A stretch of 63,996 bases of DNA, filler included, from Chrysochromulina tobinii (GCA_001275005.1; 6 parts of 6 records of this genome joined end to end with filler, not necessarily neighbours in it), one strand, 5' to 3'; positions 44,101-54,053 are shown, numbered from the whole stretch's first letter. Translations and numbers: made by a program. Notes: a model not told the origin generated them from the sequence alone.

Positions 44101-47100
44101 CGTCTCAAGCTGCGCCTTCAACTTTTTCATGGAAACCACGTTGAGGTCGACATCCTTGATGTATCGATTCACCCAGATCTTTATCGACTCTAGCGTCGAC
44201 GCGTTGTGCGGCACTGAGTCTTGGATCCCTAAACCTTCAACACGTTTGTCAAAGGGGGCAACCGAATTGTTGTTTGCTGGAAGACGACCATCTTCTGGAT
44301 ACCGTTGTGACGCAGATGTGGCGGCTTCTTCGGCGCCCTCGACGCTTGAGTAGTGCGCGTGAGGACTCATTGACGGCTCCTCGAAGGCGACTTGCTCTGC
44401 TTCAACAGTGGGACCAGCTGCGAACGTCGTAGCATCTGACTCGCTAATGACTGATGCCGCTGTTTCCCGTGCTGCTGCCTCTTCTACCTTCTCGGGTTCC
44501 TCAAGCGAAACACTTTCCATCTGACCGGGCTGCTTGTTACGCTCGTCGTCCACATTGACGAAGAATGCATTGACGATGGCCTCACGGTCAATCATCTGCC
44601 GAGGCGCAGCAAGTGTCGGTGCAACAGAGGCTACCTCGAGGTCTCGTGAAGGGCACTTATCCCGACGATGTTCACTCGACTTGCAAAAGCTGCACGTCTT
44701 GGACGTGCCCTTTCCACCTGGATTGTAACCTTGTCCGCCTGTGGCCGCATAGTGTCCAAGGACCGTCTGGGCCTTGGTTGCTGAATGAACGTCTTCGATG
44801 ATGCTCTTGAGTCGCCGCTTTTCATTTGCAAGCTGCTTGAGGATCGATGGACGTCCTTTTGGAGCGGGCCGGATTTCCGGTTGAGTAGCCTGCAGGAACT
44901 GAGATGTCGCATGGCAAGATACCAAACCGCGGATGATTTCCTGGCCCCCAGGGACACAGAAGTCTGGCCCAACTTGACGTTCCCAAGTGTCTGCGCGGCA
45001 CCAGTACGGGACCCAAGCGCGCCAGTCAGTATTGATAGCTCTGAAGAGCGCCTCCGTTTCCTTGCACCACAAGTTGCTGAAGCCTCCCTTGCCACACGAG
45101 CACAACTTATGAAACTGCCGGGTATGGAAGCAGTTCAGGTCGACCACATGGACAATCTCTCTGTTGAGCGTCACTCTCCACACCTTATCATTGTTCTCGT
45201 CCACCTTGTGAACACGGAGGAGGTCCTGTACCTTCGCTCTCAGAGCAGTATGTTCCTTGAACACCGGCTCCGTGATGGAATCCTGTGGCCAAGTGTCCTC
45301 TGGCCTGAGCAGCGCCGCTGTTTGCCTAAAATTCTGCATCGCTTTCAGATGCTGGACCTTGCTTCGCAAGTCGTCACGGCGGCGTTTGAGAATGGCCACA
45401 GTAGCGAGCAACGAGTTGCAGAGCTCCTTTTGCTTCCGCGTCTCTGCAAACATGTGGTTCGAGACTTCAGCGAAGTTGTTGGTCTTGACGCCGAACAACG
45501 ACCCATGGAGGTACGCCTGACAGATTTGTTCACGAGGAATCTTGCGAAGCGGGCTACGTTCCGGGAGTTTCGCGAAAAGTTCATCAGCTTCTTGAACTCG
45601 TCCGAAGGGCACTTGCAAGAGCTCTTCGTATATTTGCAGGCTCAACTTGCATCGTTTCCGCAACTCCTCCTTCATGTGGTGCATGCACCGAAATAAGCTG
45701 GTGGAGGGATGCATGGCGTTCTGCACGCCCATGAGCGCTGGCCCGCCATCGGTGATTGTGACTCTTCCGGGCGCGTCCAAAGGCGAATTCGTAGTCAACC
45801 CAGGTGACGACGATTGCCTCAAGAGCACATTCTCCGCCGTCATGTGCGCGTTCAGTGCTGCATTGCACTCTGACGTAAGCAGGACACTGATCGAAATGGG
45901 ATGCACGTTCTCGTTGGCGTCCTTTGTTGCCCGTATGAACATCGTACCAGCTGCATCATCTCTCATGGCTGCCCCATCGATCGCATCAACAGGAATGAAG
46001 TTCAGAAGATTGTCGTACATCATGTTCTTTGGGATCAGAGTCCAGCCAATGACATACTTGTTAGAGTGGTCCTCGTCCTCGGTGTACTTGGAGATGACTG
46101 TCGTCAGATTGTCAGGATTGAAGGGAACGGACTTAGCGACCGGGTCCTTCGCTTGCCATGCTCTGTACTGATTCTTCGCTATGTCCACGATCATGGTGGC
46201 GACGGTGGACGCACTCACCATGTGGAATGCGACTCCGAATCCTTGCTCACCGAGATTGTGAGCCAAGCCATGCAGCAAGCTGACGTTGAAGGCTGGGGAA
46301 AGGATGCTGGGTGCCTTCAACTCCCTAAGCACGGCGAACGCCATTCTTCTGTTGGCTGCGGAATCGAGCCGCTGCATTTCTTCGAAGACGTCGTCCACGC
46401 TCCACGGCGATTTCGAAGCGTCGAATCTGGACTTAAGAACGCTGACGTGGTGCGATGCTTTGACACGTCGGCCACCGCAACCTGCTGGAACTAACGAGAG
46501 AGCTCCCGCCGAACTTGGTATGGTCGATGTGCTCCCTGTGTTGGATGCCGCACAGCTCGCACAGCTCGGAGGCGGTATTGGAGGCGGTATTGGAGTTGCC
46601 AAGCACGTATGGGGTTTGTAGAGAGTGCACACCCAGACGAGGTTGTCATCAGGCACATCCGAGTACAACGAGGGAAGCTGCGGAAGACTGATTCTGGTCG
46701 TTGGGTTAGACTCAGTACCCAGTCCGTAGAAAAATTTCGTCCAGGAGGTCGGTTTGTAAGCCCCCCTCCGCAACTGTCCCATCTTAATCAGCTGCGCCTG
46801 AACGATGCAGTGGCATCCCTCGTGATTGAAGAAGTCTTTGGCACGGCTGCCGTTTTCTTTTTTCGCCTTCTTCTCCTCTGACGCGGAGCCTCCCTCTGAC
46901 TCCGGATTGACTCCCGACGCTTTGTCTCGCACAGCATCCATTGATTTGCAGACATAAACTTTGCAGGTAGGCGCTGTGCCACCCAGGGGACGTAGCGCTG
47001 CCGGGCTTTTTGAACGTATGATAAGGTCTACCACTTTTCCTCCTGGTTGCCCCGTGAAATCCAGCACGCTGCCGTATTGGAGTTCCGCGTTTGCGCCCTG

Positions 47101-47766
47101 TTGAAGACCTGCTTGGATGGCATCTTGTTCGGTATTTGCCGCCTCGGCCCGGCTCGCATGGCGTGAGATTTGCATGGCCTCCTCCAACATCGACGATGTT
47201 GTCATGTACGCAGCTTCTTCATTACGGTCCTTTTGAAGTTGCTTTACGAGAACCTGAATAGTGTCTGGTAAGCACGTGAGAGGTGCCGCCTCGACGTGTT
47301 CCAAGACTGAAGCGTGAGTGACCTTGATCTTCTCCCTGATAGCACAATGAAAAACTTCGGACGAGCTTATGATGTCTTCTGTGGCGCTCGCAGCAACATC
47401 TTTCTCACGATTGTGGACCATAGACTCGTCCTCGGCAACCTGGAGATCATGCATCGGCGTGCTGAGGGGCTCGACGCCGTCAAGAGGAACATCGAGATCA
47501 ACTTGAAGATTCGTTATGAGGTGGATTGACCACGCTGATTTGGATCTTCGATAGGGAGTCTTCGACGCCGAATGTTCTTGAATACCATCTGGTACAGTAG
47601 GAGGAGCAGCTGGTCGCTGAAAAGCATCAGAGCCGGTATCGACCAAATCAGAGGTCTTGCGAGCCTTGCCACCATGTCCTTCATGCCCAGCACGACTAGG
47701 ATGAGACGGAGGATTTGCGGCTGGAGTCGTAGAAGATGAACTAGCGCCTCCGGGATTGTTGGTCAC
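41194..47766 (-). CDS. Multidomain MULE transposase (DDE, SWIM-like, Zn knuckle, DEK-C, SAP, OTU, GNAT-like, OTU)
   Basis: AIDG...TKDAN...ITDGG...RCMHH...TNNFAE; CSCG..WCKE; CSFCKSSEHRRDKC; DLNVVSMKKLKAQLETELG; MTVKAIQSYLRAMGL..KKDLVAQL; GDGACFFR...EHY; KGNGALLV...FWEKVGF; GNGSCWLYA...GHF. Confidence 0.9.
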   Translation of the reverse strand: MTNNPGGASSSSTTPAANPPSHPSRAGHEGHGGKARKTSDLVDTGSDAFQRPAAPPTVPDGIQEHSASKTPYRRSKSAWSIHLITNLQVDLDVPLDGVEPLSTPMHDLQVAEDESMVHNREKDVAASATEDIISSSEVFHCAIREKIKVTHASVLEHVEAAPLTCLPDTIQVLVKQLQKDRNEEAAYMTTSSMLEEAMQISRHASRAEAANTEQDAIQAGLQQGANAELQYGSVLDFTGQPGGKVVDLIIRSKSPAALRPLGGTAPTCKVYVCKSMDAVRDKASGVNPESEGGSASEEKKAKKENGSRAKDFFNHEGCHCIVQAQLIKMGQLRRGAYKPTSWTKFFYGLGTESNPTTRISLPQLPSLYSDVPDDNLVWVCTLYKPHTCLATPIPPPIPPPSCASCAASNTGSTSTIPSSAGALSLVPAGCGGRRVKASHHVSVLKSRFDASKSPWSVDDVFEEMQRLDSAANRRMAFAVLRELKAPSILSPAFNVSLLHGLAHNLGEQGFGVAFHMVSASTVATMIVDIAKNQYRAWQAKDPVAKSVPFNPDNLTTVISKYTEDEDHSNKYVIGWTLIPKNMMYDNLLNFIPVDAIDGAAMRDDAAGTMFIRATKDANENVHPISISVLLTSECNAALNAHMTAENVLLRQSSSPGLTTNSPLDAPGRVTITDGGPALMGVQNAMHPSTSLFRCMHHMKEELRKRCKLSLQIYEELLQVPFGRVQEADELFAKLPERSPLRKIPREQICQAYLHGSLFGVKTNNFAEVSNHMFAETRKQKELCNSLLATVAILKRRRDDLRSKVQHLKAMQNFRQTAALLRPEDTWPQDSITEPVFKEHTALRAKVQDLLRVHKVDENNDKVWRVTLNREIVHVVDLNCFHTRQFHKLCSCGKGGFSNLWCKETEALFRAINTDWRAWVPYWCRADTWERQVGPDFCVPGGQEIIRGLVSCHATSQFLQATQPEIRPAPKGRPSILKQLANEKRRLKSIIEDVHSATKAQTVLGHYAATGGQGYNPGGKGTSKTCSFCKSSEHRRDKCPSRDLEVASVAPTLAAPRQMIDREAIVNAFFVNVDDERNKQPGQMESVSLEEPEKVEEAAARETAASVISESDATTFAAGPTVEAEQVAFEEPSMSPHAHYSSVEGAEEAATSASQRYPEDGRLPANNNSVAPFDKRVEGLGIQDSVPHNASTLESIKIWVNRYIKDVDLNVVSMKKLKAQLETELGVKQGSHYDREWLRKTVDDVIAAPEKEEEAEAAESAGASEEEDEAAAQEEEDASAQEEEVAEADEAGAQEEEEADEAGAEEAPGAQEEVEGMDEMDEEVADGEEVNMEVTVDENGAPLAETDEANLEVVAQVPASVLPRSTLPPLEADSIQSMTVKAIQSYLRAMGLTPKLLKKDLVAQLRRALREQNVENELGPEVAKWDDHARRKNASEAEVAAFERSLTEAGYEVFDVVGDGACFFRCLALHFEFDEHQHAKYRDFVVGKLPDHKHVIAENLHRRDGQSTEEAMEWFRAQMAVADEWVSEEGILLTALALEVDLVVHDGTRTEPERYASTSKLTYANPSIHVLYDGEHYKYLRPSKADERPKYPTRGHYGHYRDDDAQARFDKDIQRWSRHCVKHDEAVAAWKRRETERESGASNTGGSATHDSQTNFLQGASMSDIKAQDPPAPAVLEKAWRMKPDGRLSSFFVIGPDPHQQCPWSFSLRYELDGSEKGCLLMRGAQELDPALPIQDLVPLDETSPFQPNSTLSSFWTIMHTSPAKDNTFYFVRKRGDACDGVMLLRRMQRKHAREKAVILEIVRCCASGAKGNGALLVFQLCTLLFILEPNTKIRVNLGGCKAESKAFWEKVGFSVDGAADVAEFARASYASTSALLNDVSAESSPKRARKESFVDVLTMSVKDRKAWEMYLTTEHLERMAIDSEIAAATEIDEHLLSSQWSKDAVEAWRKMELERYYSHQGAQKSKEDVAKGIQATRAQLDKVPKDLIGTRVTVKGNGSCWLYAVMAGYAGTLDHANPVRVLQKTQPEKTPTARDYRMSSILLRAMQTHVLERNKVLMNDGQAQERNVKMILGLKCASDTQNGTWGGSDGTFGVLANLLNVPIFVLDLTSPKQFVVYNGDAECSEVFHPLDTLETFLKSRQPNGLYIVVEYNGNGHFAGYLPNHLMHFPVPVFWKAFFPGLATISHLGER

Positions 47767-48491
47767 CGGCCCTGTCCTCTGTGCCAGTCATTCACGAGGT
47801 CGTCGTAGTTATAAGGCACGCCTGGTCCTCTGCCAATCCTCTTAGACGCCGAATGCTCTTGAATACCATGTGCTACAGTAGGAGGAGGAGCTGGTCGATG
47901 AAATGCATAAGAGCCCGTATCGACCCCATCAGAGGTTATGCGTGCCTGACCGCCACGTCCTTCATGCGCAGCATGACTAGGTTGAGACGGAGGTTTTGCA
48001 GCAGGAATAGAAGATGAACTAGCGCCACCGGGATTGTTGGTCACCTGCCCTCGTGCATCCCAATCCTTCAGGAGTTCGGCGTCGGTAACAGACACGCCTG
48101 GTCCTCTGCCAGCTCGGGGTGCCTGATAGAGCTCCCATGCAGCCTTGACGGTGAAAGCCTTGTCAACGCCATCCGAGTACTGCATGAGACCGGTTGTCAC
48201 GTTGGTACGACTCCATCCGGGGGGCAAACGTTCCGCCGACGAGGATGGAATGGCTGCACCGAGCGTGTTTTCCTCCTCCGTGCGACTGCATTCTGGACGA
48301 GGACCATGTACCCCGGCTCCTCCAGGAGCACCAGCAAGAACTGCGCCTGGAGATGCACAGTTTGGTTGCGCTGGAGAGGAGGACAAACATCGAGGAAGAG
48401 GCATTGACAGCGAAGACGATGATGACATCGATGCGGACGACGCCGTACCTGCTTGATCCGGTGCTCTGTTGCTCTTCTTTCTCCCCATCAT
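47763..48491 (-). CDS. Probable N-terminal part of the transposase gene (out of frame by intron or frameshift)
   Basis: ATG 48491; contains a diverged duplicate of the first ~70 aa of the transposase ORF, which itself starts with GTG. Confidence 0.5.
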   Translation of the reverse strand: MMGRKKSNRAPDQAGTASSASMSSSSSLSMPLPRCLSSSPAQPNCASPGAVLAGAPGGAGVHGPRPECSRTEEENTLGAAIPSSSAERLPPGWSRTNVTTGLMQYSDGVDKAFTVKAAWELYQAPRAGRGPGVSVTDAELLKDWDARGQVTNNPGGASSSSIPAAKPPSQPSHAAHEGRGGQARITSDGVDTGSYAFHRPAPPPTVAHGIQEHSASKRIGRGPGVPYNYDDLVNDWHRGQGR

Positions 48492-48759
48492 GCAGGCTTG
48501 CGCGCGCACCCAACCCGTCACCGACTTTTCTGCGCGGCGTCTCAAAACGAACTGGCAAGTCTCACAAACGGAACCACGCACGAACTCAAGTCTCGCAAAC
48601 GGAACTCAAGTTTCGCAAGTCTCACATACGGAACCACGCACTATAAGGCAAGTCTCGCAAACGGTGCAAGTAACTTTCGAACATAAGTTTCTCTACAACC
48701 TTGTCGCGCAGGCGAAACACTCAAAGCAAACTTCCTGTGAACCAACGTGTTGTGTTAAC

Positions 48760-49270
48760 ATGAAGAAACGCGCGTACAGAGAGTTCCACGCGTTCATGAA
48801 CACCATTGCGTCGCGACAAGATGCGCGCGCGCGCACAGCCAGGATGGCCTCTGCGCCGGTGACAAGATCCGCAGCCAGGATGGCCTCTGCGCCAGGACGT
48901 GAAGCTTGTGGCGACGCCTCAGAGTTCATCACAATCGAAGTGATTATGGAGGATGGCCGACCCGGCGAGAAAGTGACCCGTGCGCGGCATCGCCATGAAA
49001 CCATCCCTGGGACCCGCAATGGTTGCCGTCCCACCAAGCTGACCACATAGAGAGCCTATGTGCGGTGTGCACTCAGACATAAGATGCAAGCGCACGACGA
49101 CTTTCGAAAAGCTGATTTTGGCCTACAAAAGGCTCCACCGCGACGTGAGCCGAGGCTCGTTGTACTTTCAGTACGACGGCCAAGAGCTAGTTCCAAGACA
49201 GACCCCGGATGATTTCAAGATGCAGGACGGCGCGGTCGTTTGCGCGCTTCGCGTGATCTCCGTCGAATAG
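48760..49270 (+). CDS. SUMO-like (Rad60-SLD type) protein without C-terminal GG, 2 exons
   Basis: Intron 48980-49076 (GTGCGC...GCTGAC...CTCAG) gives FITIEVIMEDGRPGEKVTHIRCKRTTTFEKLILAY...FQYDGQEL..QTPDDFKMQDGAVV. Confidence 0.8.
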
Positions 49271-50294
49271 GTCAGAGTGTGTACACGGGTTGCATCTTTG
49301 GGGAATGCGTGAGTCTGTGGTACTTGTGTTCCTACCTGTCAACGCCGTCCGAGTACTGCTGGAGTCGTTGCACGATGTCACGACGGCGAGACATGGTGGT
49401 GACGGCGGCGCGACGGTGACGAGTCTGCCATGCTGTGGATACACTCAATTTGGTATTGTATAGCGCTGTGAGGGCGGCAGCGACGGAGGTGTTGGTGAAG
49501 GGAGGTCTGCGCGCGGTAGCGAGAGAGTGGAGAGTATCTGGTGAGATGTGATATGATTGTTCATTCAATTATTGAGGTGATTTTCTCACACCACTGTCCT
49601 TTTTAGGACAAGACAAACCTTTTCCCTTCAGCAGGGAACCCTTTTCTCGGCCCCTAAAATGCTAGTAACCATTGGCGCCGCGCTCGAGCTATGCACGTCG
49701 CTGCGCGCAGATGCGCCACCCTGCTGCTGCATCGTACGCTGCGCGCAGATGCGCTTGAGATGCGTCCGTAGTGATGCGTAAACAACCCCGTTTTGATGCG
49801 GTGGTCGGGCGATCAACTCTCTACTGCCACCAAGCGTGTCTGCAGGTAATCCCTCTCAGATTCCGTTTCATGAGACCTGGCTTCTGCTGCATCGTACAGG
49901 TAGCCAAGCGCAAATCTGGAACACACCAGCCAATCAGACTGCGCAGGTCAGGCTTCATTCATCTGCGAAGAACGCCAAGAGGGAAATGTCAAGAGTCTAC
50001 CGTATGCAAGTTGCATAAGCAGGTGTGGTCTCAGCCTCAACAAGCATGGTCCTCAAGGCGCACATGTTCCTGATGCGTGCCAGCGCTGCAGAAGGCGTAC
50101 AGGAATCGCATCCGCAAGTGTCTTCGGTGATGCTGCACCAGACCCGAACATCGCTCACTCTTAGCCGCACCAGACCCTAACAATACACATGATGCCCATG
50201 TGAAGTAGTGACACTGTAAAACCTGAGGATGCGCCCTGCGGATACGCGGCGAGGATCACAGAGACAAGCTCTTTAATTCCGTCTGGTCGGTGAA

Positions 50295-50864
50295 TCACGA
50301 GAGCAAATAAGAAGGTAACATGGATGGATCAGGCTTAAAGACGTATTGAAGCCAAGCATCCGCAGGCAAAGAGCACAGAAAGTCACGATAACGGCAAACT
50401 TGAGTCACGCACTGAAATTCACTGCTGCTGTCTTCGTCTTGAAGTTGAAGTAGTTTGCTGTGTAAAGCAACCACTTGTAACGCTGCCCTTTCAGCTTCAA
50501 GATCGGAATCATCGACTAGTGATCTCAGGGTGCCACATCGATTTGCAAGGAGTAAATCACCGAACGTCATTGAGGTCGGTATGCAACTGATAACCACCAT
50601 GTGCTCAGAGGGAATAAAGATGTCGCGCAAGAAGCAAAACAGGAAGACGTGCCAAGCGCCTTGCTCCTTATCAAAATCCAAAACCCAGCCATGGACTGCG
50701 GTTACGTGCGCCAGGAATTCGCTTTCGGCGTGCGTTGACGCTCTCCCAACACCGAGCGGGCTGCACAACAACGACAACGTCGTTGCGTCGGATGCAGGTC
50801 GGACACGAACCAGTGATCCTTGGGAAGCGAGAGCATCACCAACCACGGGCCATGCGATCGACAT
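50295..50864 (-). CDS. Hypothetical MULE cargo protein (may continue by splicing to ~49815)
   Basis: 189-aa ATG ORF next to the right array; a downstream Cys-containing open segment has plausible GT-AG sites. Confidence 0.45.
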   Translation of the reverse strand: MSIAWPVVGDALASQGSLVRVRPASDATTLSLLCSPLGVGRASTHAESEFLAHVTAVHGWVLDFDKEQGAWHVFLFCFLRDIFIPSEHMVVISCIPTSMTFGDLLLANRCGTLRSLVDDSDLEAERAALQVVALHSKLLQLQDEDSSSEFQCVTQVCRYRDFLCSLPADAWLQYVFKPDPSMLPSYLLS

Positions 50865-50874
50865 GTCACGAACA

Positions 50875-51400
50875 ACTCAAGTCGAACTCAAGTCTCACAA
50901 ACGGTAGTGGCCGAAGGGAACTCAAGTCTCACAAACGGTAGTGGTCGAACTCAAGTCTCACAAACGGTAGTGGTCGAACTCAAGTCTCACAAACGGTAGT
51001 GGTCGAACTCAAGTCTCACAAACGGTAGTGGCCGAAGGGGACTCAAGTCTCACGAACGGTAGTGGCCGAAGGGGACTAAAGTCTCACAAACGGTAGTGTC
51101 AAACTCAAGTCTCACAAACGGTGGTAGTCGAACTAAAGTCTCACAAACGGTAGAGGCCGAAGGGGACTAAAGTCTCACAAACGGTAGTGGTCGAACTCAA
51201 GTCACACAAACGGTAGAGGCCGAAGAAACTCAAGTCTCACAAACGGTAGTGGTCGAACTCAAGTCTCACAAACGGTAGTGGCCGAAGAAACTCAAGTCTC
51301 ACAAACGGTAGTGGTCGAACTCAAGTCTCACAAACGGTAGTGGCCGAAGAAACTCAAGTCTCACAAACGGTAGTGGTCGAACTCAAGTCTCACAAACGGT
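50875..51400 (-). repeat. Right subterminal array (core AAGTCTCACAAACGG, ~29-34-bp units)
   Basis: GAACTCAAGTCTCACAAACGGTAGTGGTC-type units; core inverted relative to the left array. Confidence 0.96.
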
Positions 51401-51402
51401 CC

Positions 51403-51488
51403 GCGAAGTCTCAGAATCGGAAGTGTTCGAACTCAAGTCTCGGAAAAGGAAGTGACGAACTGCGAAGTCTCACAAACGAACTCGTCTC
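51403..51488 (-). repeat. Right TIR of the MULE
   Basis: Reverse complement of 38048-38133. Confidence 0.96.
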
Positions 51489-51614
51489 TTTTATGTTAAT
51501 ACACACAACACGTAAGCAGTACAGCCGTGTAAACTTGGTCGCGTGTTTGACTTGAATTGCTGTTCATCAGAGCTACACAAGCAGCCTGGTGAGCGCGACA
51601 ACCCGGTCCCTGCT

Positions 51615-51714
51615 NNNNNNNNNNNNNNNNNNNNNNNNNNNNNNNNNNNNNNNNNNNNTTAATTAATTAANNNNNNNNNNNNNNNNNNNNNNNNNNNNNN
51701 NNNNNNNNNNNNNN
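51615..51714. other. Artificial contig linker
   Basis: N-run with TTAATTAATTAA. Confidence 0.99.
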
Positions 51715-52195
51715 CGGTTTGTGGCGACGCGTGCGTCCCGGGGTTTGGGTGTGGACTGGCGCGGTTTGGGTGTGGTCTGGCGCGCGCGAGTCGGTGGGTG
51801 GGCTGGTTTTGAGGGGGTTCGGTTTGTGCGGTTCGTGTGTCTGTCCCGTGTGTGTCCCGGCTCCCCCCGGTGTCTTTTTACCGGTACTGTACCGACCAGC
51901 CACTTCCACACGAAACACAGGACAGACGGGCGCAGAGTTTGCGAAAGGGTCAGTTGAATCGAGAGTTTGTTATTCATACACTTACCCGGTACACAAGTTT
52001 GGGGGAATCTGACATGATTCTGAATAACTGATTTCGGCCCTATAAATGCATTTCGCAACGGCGCCGGCAGGTGTCGATCATCCCTAGGCACAGGCACGCC
52101 CGCTAGGGCGCCCAGCACATTTCTCATTCTCGCGCCATTTCGTTGATTCCAAGGCCGGCCCCGACCGTCACTCGACACTCGGCCCTCTCTGCTCT

Positions 52196-52758
52196 CAGCC
52201 TGGTTTGTTATTGGATACAAGTCCTGATGTATCGTGATGTATCGTGCATGTATCCTGAAGGTTACACGTATCCTGATGAATCCTAATGTATCTCAAATGT
52301 ATCTTACATGCTCTGTTACATTCGAAGAGAATACATGTATCCCCTTGCATGTATCTTGACATTTTGCATGTATTTTGACATGTATCCCAATAGGAGTCCA
52401 AGATACATTTGGGATACATGTCAGATACATCAAGATACATGTATCTTGCGCACTTCCTTGGTGTCACCTTTGATACATATCAGGATACATCAAGATACGT
52501 GTATCCTATAGACTGTTCATCGCGATACATCAGGATACATGTACACCGAGATACAAAATCACGATACATGTGTCTTGGACGGAATACATGCGGGATACAA
52601 TCTGAAATGCATACCTCGAATGTATCCAGAGAGGTACGTATCTGAGATGCAAGATACATACAAGATACATTCGGGATACATGTATCAAACATGTATCTGC
52701 AGAGGTGATCAATAAATCAAGATACATACGGGATACATCTGAGATACATTATGGGATA
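52196..52758. repeat. ATGTATC/GATACAT-rich quasi-palindromic repeat (probable truncated MITE)
   Basis: ATGTATC motifs dominate the left part and their complement GATACAT the right part. Confidence 0.7.
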
Positions 52759-53650
52759 CAGAAAAGTTTTTCTTTTGTCTCACCGGACCGTACCTAACGA
52801 GGCGGGCGACCATCGGGCGGCTAGAACCCCCCCTTGGCAGGGGGCGGTTCGTTTGCGACCCCCCTACGTGCCACCCCCACAAGTATAACGGCCTATGCGG
52901 TCCGGGGGGTACATCAGTGTGATGACACCCGGTGACCCCTTACCTCCCCCCTCCCGACACATCGAACCCCCCTTTTCCGTAGGGGAAGTTCGGGAGGTTG
53001 TGGAAAAACCATCCACCCCGGGGAGGATTTTTCGATGCGTTTCACGGCCCGCCCCCGGATGGGGGGGCGTCGCGCCGTAGGGCGATGCGTTTCACGGCCC
53101 GCCCCCGGGTGGGGGGGCGTCGCGCCGTTGGGCGATCGATGGCATTTGTGTGTGTAGTTGAAGAAAGTGGTGTGTGTCAGTCTTGACTTGACTTGTTTTT
53201 GCTGGGAGGTTACTGAGAGGTGTTTTGGAGGGTCAAGCGAGTTGGGAATTCTTCTTTTTCTACTCTATTTCTTTCCTCTTTGTGCGCGACGGCGGTTGAT
53301 GATGGAAAACAGGCCATCTGAATGGAGCTCTGGCGTGCGCTGGTGGGGGTCTCTGAGGTGAGTCGCGGAGCAGCGAGCGTCATTGGGAATCTGCTGGCTT
53401 TGGCGCGGGCGCTTCGTATGAGGTCAGCGGTCGTGAGCAGCATGTCAAGATGGGCGAGCAAGGCTCTGGATGCGATTGGTTGGTCGTTTGTTGGTCTATA
53501 GCCGGAGGGAGCAGAGCCCCCACGCAGCATCTTCAAGAAGATGCTCGAGAGCATCCTTGAAGTAGGAACTCGTCGTTGAGGCCGAGCGTGATGGTGACCG
53601 CCATTGTGCGAGGGTCGGGCTGTGAGAGGGGTGGACGCGCGGCGATCCTG
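52759..53650. mobile_element. ~0.9-kb dispersed non-coding element without TIR or TSD
   Basis: Both ends defined by homology to 23515-23603 and 23704-23792; internal 50-bp direct repeat at 53033-53132. Confidence 0.65.
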
Positions 53651-54053
53651 TGTAAGGTCTCTTGGACCATAAAAAGCCGTTAGGGCTTTGTGTTCTGGTG
53701 TACAGCCTGTACAGCCATGTAAACCTTATTTGTAGGAATGTCGCGCGCGATATTGGTTAATTATGCGAGATTCATACGAGATATTCACCGAGATACAGCC
53801 GAGATATGGGAGATACATGCGAGATTTACGCGGGTTGATCTCCTGGTTTATTGGTTGTTTGCTTTGTTTTGCTTTGTTGTGAGAGCATTGATAGACTATC
53901 AACCCGGAGGGGGTGATCTAAGCCGATCGCGTTGACTTGGGGTCGTTTCGATTTAAGTTGGCGCGATCTTTCACTATACCGGTTTTACCGGTGTACCGGT
54001 ACCCATTTCGGCTCCGCAACCCTTTCCTTATCTTTTTATCTTTTCAACGCACG

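Larger units (their letters stand above)
38048..51488 (-). mobile_element. Complete 13.4-kb Mutator-like (MULE) DNA transposon with cargo
   Basis: 86-bp perfect TIRs starting GAGACGAG; flanks TTTCATGTTA (38038-38047) and TTTTATGTTA (51489-51498); MULE transposase inside; visibly lower GC than host genes. Confidence 0.93.

Noticed and set aside
51715..52195. GT-rich contig start possibly belonging to another repeat
   Set aside because: No boundaries or coding signal that can be supported from this window.
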